Shown here one piece after another: positions 24,348 to 38,253 of a stretch of DNA of 64,000 bases; position 1 is the stretch's first letter, and each line of letters begins with the position of its first letter. The stretch comes from Macrostomum lignano. Lineage: Eukaryota. The translations under genes were made by a program, and so were the position numbers. The stretch covers positions 92,916-156,915 of the forward strand of contig NIVC01002611.1 in the NCBI GenBank assembly GCA_002269645.1, written 5' to 3'. Below the pieces are notes generated by a model that did no database searches, had not been told where the DNA came from, and saw only the letters and a program-made list of their open reading frames with translations.

Positions 24348-25106
24348 AATTGTCTTGCGACAAAGCAATCGTGTGCAAAGTGCGTTCGAATGCTAATAAA
24401 ACCCAGTCAAGCCTGCTCTAAAACAAATGATGACTATAGAAACACGCCAGTTACGATGAGCAGTAATAAAACAATCTAAGAAACAAAGGTAAAAAGCTAA
24501 TCCATTCCAATGTGTCGTGTAGACGAACGGCACGCCAGTAGAGAGGAGAGAGAGAAAGCGAAAGCCTCACTACACTATTAATATTGATGCCGCCATTGCG
24601 CCGCTAATTGCAATTCACACCCTCAAGACTAACCTGCCCTCTCATCAGGTATTGTTATTATTTATTCATCAGATGGTCCCTCCGTCTGGGATTTGACGTC
24701 GTAGCTCTACTAACTAATAAGCGACAGCCGGGCCGCCTGTCACACTTGAGCTCACAATTCAAGGCGCCAAATATTGCCTCAGCGGAGATGGCGGAGGTGT
24801 CTGGAACACGCGAGACTGCAGAGCTTGTGACAAAGCATCCGGGGCACTGCAGGGAAAGACAATAAAAGGGATTAATACCATGGGGAACAGCTTGGAGCCT
24901 CTACACAAAGAGTCCAGCAGACCGAAGCCAACAAAGTGGAAACTGGAGAAAGGCTGATGTGCCCCGGGACACACGCCTCCTCTTGAGCTCTGTCGGATAC
25001 CGCACTCCAACTGTCTCTTTCACTCACTCCAACCCATCTATCTCATTGCTGTCTATGATGAAGTAGAAAAAAAGCAAACACCAAAAGACCCTTATTGAAT
25101 GAAGCG

Positions 25107-25283
<177 letters not shown>

Positions 25284-26162
25284 CCCAATTTAAAGCATTA
25301 GCATGTCTAAACATATTTTCAGCATTACAGACTTAATAGGATTGCTCATGCTCATGCCCAGGCGGCAACCAGATTAAAAGACGACATTTACAATATCTTG
25401 CTTCAAGCCTCTTTAACTTCTTCAACATGCATCTACCTACACAGTGAATATTGCTTCCGCACCGAAATAATCCAACCCCTACCTATTCACTACACCGCCA
25501 CCAGACCTCGGGGCAGTTTTTCTTATCCGCAAAGCACACAATAATCTAACTACTGCACTACACACGTGCTGCGACCCGTTCTGAACCAGGGCCCCCCTCC
25601 CGCCACCGACAGACTGGCGGCAGTATAAATGGGCTAGGGAGCTTGGGAAGAGACACGAAGGGTCACGATGGAAGGGCCGGCCTAGACTGTTAGAGGGATA
25701 GAGTAAAGAGAGGGGGGTAAGTTGAAAAGAGAGCAAGGGCAGGTACGGAGGCAGGATTAACTATCTGGGGGGGGGGATAAAGGGAGGAAAGAGGCAGCTC
25801 ACTAGCCTGACAGCCCCCTCTATCGGGGGTCACTTAGTCAAGGGGGGACTATTAACTGAGCTAATGGGGGCGTCTAACCAGTGAGGGGGGAAGCGGAGGG
25901 AGAGGGTCACAGAGACTCATTCTTCGGTCCAGTGTGTGTGAGTGTGTAAATCAAGTGCGCCGAGGGTTTGGGAGAGCTGTGGAGGAGGGGCCTCAGCGGC
26001 AGACAGAGAGGCCTCAGTGGCAGCAGAGTTAAGCTAAGCCCAGTCTAGTAAGTAAAAATGCCCGCACGCGCAGGCCCGTGGCGACTCTTCCCCCCCCACC
26101 CTCTACGGTCCGAGGCCGGCTGGCCCCCGACAGCCAGCCGCCAGCGCCGCCGCTGCCGCCGC

Positions 26163-26194
<32 letters not shown>

Positions 26195-29100
26195 GCTGCA
26201 GCAGCACCCACTCTCTTCCCCCTCACGCCAAGGTGCCTGTCTGTCGGGGTTCTTTCTCTGTCTCTCTCTCTCTCTATTTCTTTCTCTATCTGAGAGGCCC
26301 CCCCTACCCAACTAAACAGAAGGAGAGACCAGACAGAACGGTGGGACAGGCCAGAGGCTTTATTAGACACACGGAGACACGAATTGCGACTTTTCTTTCT
26401 GCTGTCTCCCCCTCCCCTTCCCCCTCCCCCCACCGACCGCTCTGGCCTGACAAGAGGCAAAACTAGGGGACACACACAAGAGACTGCAATGGTCAGCAGC
26501 AGCCGCAGACAGATTCAAGCAAGAAAATTGAAAGAATAAAATAAATTTCATGCAGACAGAATAGAGAGAAGACTAACTAACAAGAATGAGGTTGCTGGCT
26601 GAGTGAGTGGGGCCACCCTGACAGGCCCCGCCGCCGGACCTGTCGAGAGCGAACGGTGCCGCATAAAAAAGAAGCCATTTTAAGCGGCCGTCAGCTCCCC
26701 CCCCCACTCCCCAACCCCCCATAACTAAGCCGCCACTTAATTTTCCAACCGCAAATGACAGCAATGGCAGTTAGATCTGTACCAGTTATTATCGGCTTTT
26801 CAAGAGCCCTCAAGCCCCGCCCAGCAGCCAAACTGTCGCCAGTCGTAAGGCCATTCTGGTGGCAACCGAGCTGCAAAATTCGAACTGTTGTCCTCCTAGG
26901 CTCCAGTTTGGCTAAATCTGTGTGCCCGCTATTTGTATTCCCGATAGGCCTCCCATAAACTAAAGGGATCTGTCTTACTACACCTCCAGCTATTCGCTTT
27001 CATAATTTCGATAGCTGATGCCGGCATCATTCAAGCATTCCGACATCGATCCCACCGCCGCCCGGCCCGACCGCCAGCCAAGCCAGTCGGCGCCAGTTAT
27101 TTTTGTTTCAAGCCGACTTTCACTTGGCTATGTGGGCAACAAAAAAGCAGGAAAATGGAGGGAGACTGAGGTTGGCAGAGTCATTAGGCAAAGAAGGCGG
27201 CGCGCCCAACCCCCCCCCCAGCAAAAAATCGCAAAAAAGCAAACCTGTCATGTTTCATTAGACTGCTTCTCTACCAGACAGTGACACCCGCAATTTTGTT
27301 CGCCTACCTCCCCGACCGCTCGGATTCCCGACGATTCGCTCTGCTCCATTCCTCCCTTTCCGACGCACAACCATCATCATACGCTTTGAAAAAGAATTTA
27401 GAAAGCGCTCTATCCGCCTCTGCCGCCGCCAAACATTATTTCTGATTTTAGCTGTGTATTTAGTTAGCAAACAGTCAACAGGGAAATGAGCAATCGGACC
27501 GAGACCAAGCGCCAATATATGTTATTTTTGTTCAAAAGCAAGGGAATCGAGCGCAAAACAAGAGGATGTAGGGAAATTTGAAACGAGCGCGGCGGCGGCT
27601 TTTCTCAGAGGATCAAGGGAGAGGGGGGGAACACGAAACAAGGAAGGAATGGAAAGTGGCAGACTGATCAGGCCGAGATGAAGAGACGCGACGGAGAGGC
27701 TGTGGGGGGATTAGAAGAGGTCGGCGACTCTTTGTCGCGACAGTTGAACAACAACCAAACTCCTCTCTCTCTCCGCGGCTCTAGAGAGCGAAGCGACGGC
27801 GCGAGTTAATGGCGACGGCAATTTTTCCTCTTTTTCGGAGACTAAGTGAAAGTGGAGGAGGCAGACAGGCAGACAGACACAGACAGACAGGCCAGACAGA
27901 GAGTTGGCGAGCAACAAGCGATGGGAGAATTTTTTCAGCCGCAATCCACCGACCACCCAGCCCGAACCCTTGGTCCCATCCCAGGGCCTATAAGCTTTAA
28001 GTGCTTTAACCAAGCCAATTAGTTGGCCTAACAAAACGAACAGAACCTTGGCCTCTCGCTTCCCAACCTGCAATAGGCAAGGAGGTCAAGGAAGCCCCGC
28101 GACTCGACATTTTTCCACTCATTTGCCCTTCCTTGGCCGGATCTTCCCGTCTGGCCCCGTCATTAAGGGGGCGCCAGCGATTGCTAAACTAACTAAAAAC
28201 CCTGCCTCTGTGCCAGTCCTCTCCCCTAACCTCTCTCATACACACTCGCGCTTCTAGGCATCTTCGGTAAGGCCTGTCTTCCTATCTATTCGAACCCATC
28301 GGCTGCCTGTTGGCCACTTTTCGGTTGCGCTTCGGTGAAGCCGCGGCTGCGGTGCTGCCCACCAGAAAGAAAACTTTGCTGTTTTTCTGCTCTTGTTCTT
28401 AGTTCCATTACTCTTTCACTCGTACACCTGCTGCTCAAGTTTGCTCTGAGGCTTTTAGAAAGGAACATTAGCTTGCATTGGTGTCTTTCTTTCTTCTTCT
28501 TTTCTTCACTTTTAACCTTTGCTTGCAGCTTGAATCTCTCTTTCTAGTTTTGTTTGCTGCTCTTTTCCTCTTTTGCTAGTTAATAATGTGCATACAAACG
28601 ATTAGTCTCAATGGAAATGTCCTTATTGTAGAACTAACATACGTGTTTGTAAAAAGAAACTGAATTTATGCACAAATCAGAGCTTGAAATAAGATCAATT
28701 CAATTCATTACGGCTATCTATAAGCCCTATTAAAGTTATTATTTGCTTAATACTCACTTTTCTTATAACTCTAATAATGTATATGAGACTAAAGACTTGA
28801 GTCTTTTATACTGTAAAAAAGTCTTAGCCTACATTAAAATTACAATTAGATAATAATAAGACGACAGATTATAAATGCGGCACATTAAAAAGAGAATTGA
28901 GAGAGGCGCCAGCTCGCGAGTTGTTGGCGCCTTAAAGGGGGAGGGAGGGAGGTGGTGCGGCGGCGGCGGACTACGGTGAAAGCAGCAAAAGGCCGCAGGC
29001 AGGCAGACAAGGCAGATAAGCAGCAAGCCTGTATGACAGACAGCGCAGAGTTGCTAGTTGTGTATGAGACCCAACATTTGCATTGAAATCTCTTTCTCTC

Positions 29101-29459
29101 CCCCTCAATGCGCGCACGCTATCAGGAATATTTTCCTTAGGCAAAGAAACGGCTCAAGCTGTGTTGAGGATTATGACATCCAATAGTTCAATATACAGTC
29201 AGCGGGCAGCTGCTTCATGGTATTTGAGATTGGAGAGGCCAATCAATGGAGTTCTATAAGACAGTCTAGACAGGCTTAAAAATAAAACCTGGCGCCTCAC
29301 ACCGGAGACAAAGGCGGCTATGAAAATAAAAAAAACACATTGCTCATCTAGTATTGAGAAGGCCGTATACGAACTGTATCTGCATAAAGCAGGAGTCGGG
29401 AGACTGCGACCCTGAAGCCTCTCTATCCGGCCCTCGGGTCCTTTAAAACCGCTCGCTCA

Positions 29460-29665
29460 TGGTTTGTCTCTTCTCTCCTCTCCTCTTCTATCTTTTCTCT
29501 CCTCTCTCATCTTCCTCCTCGTCTCTCTCATCTCTTCTCATCTCTTATCTTCTCTCGCCTCTCATCTCTCATCTCTTCTCTCTTTTCTCTCCTCTCCACT
29601 TCTCTCTTTTCTCTCCTCTCCGGTCTCCTCTCATCTTTCTTATCTCCTCTCTCCTCTTCTCTCTG
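29460..29665. repeat. CT-rich low-complexity tract
   Basis: Degenerate (TCTC/CTT) polypyrimidine run. Confidence 0.85.
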
Positions 29666-30330
29666 ATCTATTCTCCATTTATTTCTCACCTGGCCCGCAG
29701 CAACAGTGTTCCCGGTTTTTAACAACAACGGCGGTCGGTAAAACTCCCCCCCCCGTCTGAAAGCTCTTGACTGGTTTTACGACATCCTACCAGTTGCGTC
29801 TTGATTACTTTGACTTAAAGAATCGGAGGTAACACGGATACACATAGAAGCCTAATGCGCTTGTGGATTTAATTAACCTTAGCATCATAATCAGGCTCCA
29901 GACCGGCTCCCAGACAGGCGATAAGGACTAAAAAAGAAAACCCCAAGACCTAGCGCCACATGCAAGGCCTTGGCCTCCTCAATCAGGCTGGCTGAGGATC
30001 GGTCAACGAGATAGCAGGGGAATTTGAGGGAGAATTACGGGCAACGGCAAGATCTGGTCAGCTATTTACAATCCAGTCTCGCCAGTACAGAATATCGTGT
30101 ACCCCAATCCCATATAAGTGTAGTAATTCATTTCTTGTGCCACTGTCTACTCATTCATATGCCAAATTATTCTTACATTACCTACGGATTATACATTATT
30201 ATATACAGCCTGTGCCTAATAAGACAGGGAGAAATAAGAAAAAATTGGCTTTTCTAAACTACTAGGCACTATGGAACAATGTTTTTTTGTTAGATAAAGC
30301 CTCATTGATGGTAATAGTTTAGCGCCACAG

Positions 30331-30997
30331 GTGAGATTTTAAACGGGACTTAAGCGCCACAGGTAAGACTTTAGCGCCACAAGTGAGATTTTAGACGGGA
30401 CTTTAGCGCCACAAGTGAGACATAAGCACCACAGGTGAGACTTTAGCGCCACAAGTGAGATTTTAGACGGGACTTTAGCGCCACAAGTGAGACTTAAGTG
30501 CCACCGGTGAGACTTTAGTACCACAGGTGAGACTTAAGTGCCACAGGTGAGACTTAAGTGCCACAGGTGAGACTTAAGTGCCACAGGTGAGACTTAAGTG
30601 CCACAGGTGAGACTTAAGCGCCACAGGTAAGACTTAAGCTCCACAGGTGAGACTTAAGCGCCACAGGTAAGACTTAAGCTCCACAGGTGAGACTTAAGTG
30701 CCACAGGTGAGACTTTAGTACCAACAGGTGAGACTTTAGTGCCACAGGTGAGACTTAATTACCACAGGTGAGACTTTAGTGCCACAGGTGAGACTTTAGT
30801 GCCACAAGTGAGACTTAATTACCACAGGTGAGACTTTAGTACCAACAGGTGAGACTTTAGTGCCACAGGTGAGACTTTAGTGCCACAGGTGAGACTTAAT
30901 TACCACAGGTGAGACTTTAGTACCACAGGTGAGACTTAAGCGCCACAGGTGAGACTTAAGCGCCACAGGTGAGACTTAAGCGCCACAGGTAAGACTT
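30331..30997. repeat. 20-bp minisatellite (GCCACAGGTGAGACTT(A/T)AG(C/T))n just inside Smad intron 1
   Basis: 20-bp period; starts ~45 bp from the exon 1 donor. Confidence 0.95.
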
Positions 30998-31041
30998 TAG
31001 ACGAGAAGCACAGATAATATAATACACCAAGCCGAACTCAC

Positions 31042-31564
31042 CAGGTGCAACAGTGAGAGTCCGATAAAAATGAAACGGATTAATGCACTGGCCGGACACT
31101 TTACTGCAGCAGGCCTCAGTCATTGGCGTCAGCGTCTCGGTTGCGGTCAGGTCCGGATAGCGCCAGGCACGAAGGCAGAGCTGGCGAGCGTTGACCTGGT
31201 GCCGGCCGAGTTGCAGATTGGTGCCGCCGGCGTCGCTGCTCGGTTCCAGCCGGACACAGTCGGACTGCCCGCCGGTGCCAATCTCGATGGCTTGAGAAAG
31301 TTTAGCCAACCGATCGCTGCGCTGCAGATGCTTCATCAAGGCGTGCAGCTGGCCGTGCAAATCTCTGCCGCCGCTGATGCCGCCGCCTTCGTCCTCAGAG
31401 TCATCCGCATCTACCGACGGCGGCTGCGGCAGAATGCGGGCAAGCAATTTTCTTGTTGAAATTTTGCCGCTGCCGCCAACAGATGGAGACTGCAGCAGCT
31501 TCTTGCTAGACGATGACGGCGATGACGATTTCTTTTTTGGCGATCCGGCGAGACAGGAGAACAT
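31042..31564 (-). CDS. smad6/7: Inhibitory Smad, exon 1: N-terminus plus divergent MH1 domain (ATG at 31564)
   Basis: LHALMKHLQ..LAKLSQAIE..GGQSDCV..LCLRAWRYPDL..L.P..C..CINPFHFYR aligns with the Smad6/7 MH1 domain. Donor CCTG|GTGAGT at 31041, phase 1. The ORF-track start at 31576 is a TTG. Confidence 0.9.
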
Positions 31565-33902
31565 AGGCAAAGGCAAGTGGTGCTGATAATGCGGTCTGCT
31601 GCTGGTGCTGCTGTCTGCCAGCTCTGACAGCGTTCACTGACTAGCGATGACTGCGGAATTTTATAATCAACTATAATATATTCAATGCTCTGTGCTGACT
31701 ATTTATATTTATATATATCAGGCCCGCCCAGCCACTCGCCGCTTCCTTTGTCTTTATCCAAACTGGCTGGGCGGTGGGGGTGTGTTAGTGTTTCTCTTTT
31801 CTTTGCTCTGTGGCGTCTCTCTCTCTCTCTCTCCCTACCTCTCTCACTGATTCGAGGGGCTTTTCGGCGGAGGTTGAGGGAGCGCTAGCGCGGGAGGATG
31901 GGAGACGCGAGAGAGGCTTCAGCAGAGGGTTGGTTGAGGGAGAATAGCGGAGCCAGGAAGAACCCCCTGGCTTGGCGATGCCTATCAGGAAGTTTAAGGC
32001 TGGATATGAAGAGGAAAACCCGAGGCCGAAGTAGAAGCAGCAGGAGAGGCCTTGGAGCCCACGAGACGGAGGAGGCTGCGGCGTGTGTTTGGCGCCTCCT
32101 CTACAATATTTCTCTATATCTATCTCTCTGGCGTGTTTTTTCAATTCTATCTCCAACTGGTGGAGCCGGCTCCCTCTCTCTCAGCACCGACCTGGGTTAT
32201 CAGGGCGGGCAGATCAGCTCGGGGCCGCCATTCCGGCACCACTGAGGCGGGCACCGGGTTGGAGCGTCGGCTATCAGCCAATGGCCATTTAGTCTGGGAC
32301 GGCCACGAGGCCGCGTCAATCATTTAACGGACTTGGGCTGAGGGGGGGGCGGCGGTAAAAAGGGGGCAGTGGGTGAATTGTGGAGGAGGGGCAGAGAGAG
32401 AGAGAGTAGCTTTAAATGAGACCCATAGCTAAAATACTAATTCCAGTTGTCATATTCCATGTTTAATCTCATAAGTAGTTAGTAAGTAGTATAGAAGAGC
32501 TATGGTCAGTCTTATTAATTAATCAAGCGTAAAATCTTTCTATCTTTAGAAAAATATAAAAAATAACGAATAAAAATTTGCTTCGTTGACAATCTGATAC
32601 GCACTAGCGCCTTTATTTAATAAGCACTATCTCACTTTCCTTTTATTTTTTTCTGGGCAATAATAATTAGACGCTGAGGGTAAATACAAGACAAGACATG
32701 ACATTTTGATTGTATAGGGGGGAGGGGGGCGAGGAAGGTTTATTATAAGCGGAAGGGTCCAAGTTCAGAGTTAGCCTTAGTCAGATTAGACAAGCAAAAT
32801 ACACAGGAGAGACAGACGGATAGACAGGCAGTGCAGTTCAGAATTTCATGCAGAGCGACTAGAGACCAGAGAAGTTAAGGATCGGACACCCCACTGCACT
32901 GGCTAGGAGCATTTATTAACAGAGGCAATGGCGAACGAACATGGACAGGATGCTGGCACAGAAAGATAGGGAGATTGGGGATAGACCATTCAGCCATTCG
33001 AATGTCCCCCCCCTTCCCTGAATTTACCCTGTTTATTATTGAGGAACTGCACTGGGTCCAAGCTAGTATTTTACTGTCTAAATGTGCTTTTGCTTGCCTC
33101 ATTTGCTGCTATGAATACACTTGCCAGTCTAAAAGGGAAGGACAACAGAGAATCTGGAACATATTTAAGCCAGATTTGTTGGCCCAAATGCTTTACTAAA
33201 TGCATAAAATCTTTTATTAGAAACCCGAATTATCAGCCAATCAAGCTTGACTCAATTAAATACTTGGGCAATCAAATTCACTGTCAAAACTCACTGAAAT
33301 ATATGACAAAAGGATTATAATAGCTGGACTGCAGAGGATAACAATCCCATAACATAAAACAAAAAAGTAATTATGAAATTGATTCAAATGGCTTGAATAA
33401 CCTATTGAATATAAATAATTTAACCATTCTACAGATTAAACATTATTACTAACTAAGAATCTAGTTCTTTACATCACATACTACTTAGTAGGTAGGAATT
33501 ATAAGAAATCAAAAAGAGGTAAACTATTAGTGTGACTGAAAATATAGGCAATACATTAGTTATGCTTTTAATCTAATTATTAGTTTACTCTTGGTAAATT
33601 ACAAAAAAGTTAGTTACAAAAGGTGCACATTATGTTGGCAGGCAATTTTATATTGAAAGTTTTTTTGAGAAGCCCTTTATTAAATGCATATTTCGTAGTG
33701 CTCTGTCTCTCTAAAAGATTTCAACCGCTGGCACCAAAGTTGTGCTAGTGGATGTTTCCTTCTTAATAATATCCCACTGCTGAGACCAAAGTTGTGCTAC
33801 AGGCGTGTTTCCTGTGCACTGAGAATCCCACTAAATGCCACCAAAAGCTGTCCTAGGGCTCTCAATTATTCTTTTGTTTAACCTTATTTGCTGCCACCAA
33901 GC

Positions 33903-34352
33903 TGTTGCAGGGGTTATTCCTTCTTGTTAATATTGCTGGTTATTACTTGCCTTTTACTCGTAGCGCATGTACTTCTATTGGTAGCGTCTGTACTTCTATT
34001 GGTAGTATATGTACTTTTACTAGTAGCGTCTGTACTTCTATTGTACTTTCTGGCCTGAGCGGTCTTTTTAGGCACTATCTATCCTATCCTTATACTTCTC
34101 TAAAGATATTATTTTCAGTCCTGGGCGTTCCCGGGATCAGAGGGTCATAGCTCACTTTGTTGGGTATTCTGCCCTGAGGCAGGTTTCTCAGACTCTAAGC
34201 CTAGATTTCTCTACCCTGTGGTAGGAATTCTGCCTTCTAAAGGTGGGTTACTAGACTCCTAAGTCTAGGATTTCTCGTTCTCTGAGAACGGACTGAACTC
34301 CCAATCTTGGGCCAACTCCTATGTCACTATCCACTACTCGAAATAAGTAACA
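33903..34352 (-). mobile_element. Probable LTR (450 bp, TG..CA), 5' LTR of a minus-oriented retroelement whose body is missing
   Basis: Termini TGTTGC..GTAACA form an imperfect inverted repeat. On the minus strand the LTR end is followed after 3 nt by TGGTGGCAGC (tRNA-Leu-like PBS, 33899-33890). Confidence 0.55.
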
Positions 34353-37300
34353 TGAGTGATCACAAGCCCAAGGCTGATTTAAAGCTTGATCAATGTTCGA
34401 AACAATAGTAGTACAAGAAAATGTTCACAAGGTTCACCAGGTTATTTATTTTTGCTCCCAGCTGACTCCTACTTATAGTAAAATTTTCCTAGTATTTAAA
34501 ACAAAGTATAGAATATTTGGAATATTTTGCATATAAGAATTATTTTAATATTCGCAGAGTTTAACAACAGTAATTAATACATTTTTAAAATTCAACTTTT
34601 ATAAGAACTTGCTATAAAAACTGGAGGCCTATTATACATATATATGTTATTATTTCATTTAAGTTCAAAGTAAAGGATTTGTATTTATAGCCTATTTCAA
34701 CATTGATTATAATAGAAAACAAATCTAGGTCTATACCATACTGAGCTTGGTAAGGTTAGGAAAAATTTCAAAGATTTTCAGTTCAAGCCTATAATAGAGC
34801 TTAGGAAATTAGAACAGTTGATTTAATAAACAAACAAGAAGAGGCTACATAAATATTGAAATGACAGTTCATTGGTTTGTGATTGTGATCTAGGTAACTG
34901 TGTGAGTTATTGTTTAACTTTGTTTGCTTAACTTAGCTTAATCACTTTGTTTGCATCTTGAAATCAGCATGTACTTAGTAAATCAATGCATACTCTATGC
35001 AATGCAATTCAATGTGCATCATTGTGCTAGACTTGCTTCACCCTGTAAGTCTCTATAATTTCATACTCTTTCTACTTACTTAGCCAATGCATCAGTGAAT
35101 TTCAATATTTATAATATGTAAGTTATTGCTATCAAACTCATTAAGTGACTTTGGCTATTCTACAAATATATTGCAAGAATTTACACATTATTAACAATAA
35201 TCAATTTCTGACTTTTGCATCACATCAAATATAGCTCTGTTAGGGCTTCCTTTATATACTAAATTATAAATAGTGAATAATAGCAAATGCATAACTGCCA
35301 ACCAACCTGGTTAATCCAGTCTGGCAATATACAAGGCATGCCCTAAAAGTAGTGTCACTTTTGCTTGCCATCATGATTCTGATGCAATGCTAAAAATAAA
35401 CTGCCTTTGCTTGCAAATCAACTTATCTTAGCTTTATAGGATCAAAAGTCCTATCATTTCAGGCCCCATTGGAATAAGTAGACAAAAGGCATCTGACTAT
35501 CCATTGGAACTTTTCTAGTGTTCAATTTCCTAAAAAAAATTCTAGTGTCATCCTGCAGCTGGTGTTTTTCAATTCTGTCTCATGACATTCTGTCTCACCA
35601 TCTCATGACAGGTGGTGTCATGAGATGGTGCAGTTTTTAGGTAAATAGCAAAAGTAACTAGGACTGTCTTATTAAGGCTAAATGCCTCATTATCTAATTA
35701 GTACTATGCCTATATTTGGTGCAAAAGTTAACATGCTCTGTGTCATGTTGCACTTTTGAGCTACAATTTTAGACCCCATGTTGCACATCCACAGGTTTTT
35801 TTACACTTATTCCAATAGGGATTTTAGGTGCTTTTCAATTAGTACAATGAGTTATGATTTGAGCACTCTTGGGCATAGATTTACACAGATATACAGTTGA
35901 CTCTGATTTAGGTAGAAGCAAGCATTAGACATCAATGGAGCTAGGGCAGCGCAGACTTGAAAAACACAGATGACTGAGATTAATTAATGTCATAGACATA
36001 AATATTCATTTTGCAGAAGGGCAATGACACACTATATCTACCCTTTAGAGTCTTTGTCAAAAGTGCCCAGAGATTCATGAGAACCTAATCTATATCCATG
36101 GTGCCAAAAAATTTAGTAGAATGGTCTAATAGTATCTAGATATTAGACTCACATGTTTAGCTACATGGTGACTAAACTGAGAAGAGGACAATGCCCATAG
36201 ACATGGATGAGTAATTATTGTACCTCACTGTATATAAAACTATGTCCTTAGAATAATGCTAAATCCTTTATAACTTTTTTACATTTTCCGATTTCAAAAG
36301 TTTTAGAAACATTTTATTGCCAGATAAAGCCACTATTCAATGATTGTTCAATGATATGTTTAAATATTTTTTTATAGGTAATGCAAACAAATGTGACATT
36401 ACCCTTTTGGGATACCTCTTGTATAAATAATGGCAAATAAAGGGTGAATAAGAAATTGACAATGAAAAAACAAAAGACAAAAAACAATACTTAAAGAATA
36501 ATAATTGATTATATCTGCCCTAGTGGATAGATATGCAACTGATAGCTTAGCTACAACTATTGCATGGCATATATGAAGGCTACACATAGCCATTTAATCT
36601 AAGGACTTAAGGGGATGCTACATACATCTTCAATTATCTTAGCTAATGCTAATGCCCATTTCATAGCTAGGTGAACTAAAGCAATGCAAAGGGAAATGTC
36701 TTGCTCAAGGATACAAGTTGTTCCAATGGAATGTGGAACTATTTAAAGTATTTAAAAGTCTATTACAAAAAATTTATATAATAGGATATTGTCACAATTA
36801 GCTAGCTAGAAATATTTATTTTATTTTTTTTTTATTATTTTGATTTATATATTCATTCTATAATTATTCCTTTCTAAAAGAATTTAATAGACATTCAAGA
36901 CTTATTGGTTCTAGTTATAACCTAGAATTATTAAAGGTATTTAGTGCACTTGTATATTCATAATAATTTATATTACACCTAACTTCATTTGCCATTGTTT
37001 CTTTTTAACATTTTAAACTTTTTTGATTTCTTTAAATTTTTCAATTTCTTAAACACTTTTAATACTTAAAAATAAATGAGATCTGTATTGCATGTGCATT
37101 TATAGAAATAGGACATAGTTAGGAAGGTGTCCTATATGCCAGAGTTTTCTAGCATGCATTAGCCCTTTATAACTCATTGGCATGCTTAAATCTTAAAAAA
37201 AGTTGTATTTGGTATTTGGCATACAAAAAGTGGTATAAAAAGCAATTTGAAAATAGATGCAAGTAGGCCTATCTTATATTTTTTTGCAATGAAAGGTAGA

Positions 37301-37593
37301 AAGTTTCAAAGAAAAAGGTAAATGGTTAAAAGGTAATAGAAGTGCAAACAAATAATAAAAATATTAATTGAATGTGATAGTATACTTTTAAAGAATTTAA
37401 GTATCAAAAACTGTAAGTAATTGCAAGTTTTTGTAAAGGAATAATAGACACTGCACTTATTTTGTTATAATATACATATAAATATTAAATGTAACAATAG
37501 AAAAAGGTCCATTATTGTTGCAGTGGAAAAGTAAGTAATTTTGAAATTTTGGTATACACAAGTCACATTTCAATTTTTTGGTGTACTTAGCAT

Positions 37594-37982
37594 CTGGGTT
37601 TTTTCTAAGGTTGGAAATCCAGTTGCCAGCTGGCCCTTGGGGCTTAAAATCTAGTTGCCAATGGCTATTTTTGGTTGCCCATTGGCATCCAGCCAAATTC
37701 TTGAGGATGGATATTTCCAAGGTTACATTTGAAAGCAGAAATTTGTTCTCTTAACTCTAAGATTGCTATCTATGCTGCAAATAATAACAAGCTATCAATT
37801 CTATCATATGATCATATTAATTCATATGGCACTTTTATTACACTTACAAAATCATTTTTCTAAATTGGAAACTGGCACAGGGAAAATAAAGTTGCCAGAT
37901 TGGCCTCTGATGCCAAAAATCCAGTTGCCAATGAGATTTTCAAGGGGTCAAAAAAACCCTGTATGGCCCAAAATAAACCCTG
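37594..37982. mobile_element. hAT-type MITE (389 bp), diverged
   Basis: 8-bp TSD CTTAGCAT (37586-37593 and 37983-37990). Ends CTGGGTTTTTT / AAAATAAACCCTG (CAGGGTTT-type TIR, one end mutated). Internal (T/C)AGTTGCCA subterminal repeats. Confidence 0.75.
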
Positions 37983-38253
37983 CTTAGCATACATATAAAC
38001 AAAAAATTCTAGTGTACATTGGATACTTTCTTGATAGTGGCCTATATCAAAAACTATTAGGCCTAGGCCTATAAAGTTTTTAGAACATATAGACCTATTA
38101 AGTCTAATAAAGGTTTTATTTTATTTAATAAAGTAATGATTTTATTTTTAAAGAAATAGTGGGAGAGACTAAGTCATTTCATTTTAATGTTTCAATCTTT
38201 AATGAATGTATATTATATACAGATTTATATATACTAAGTAAGCTAAGGACTGG

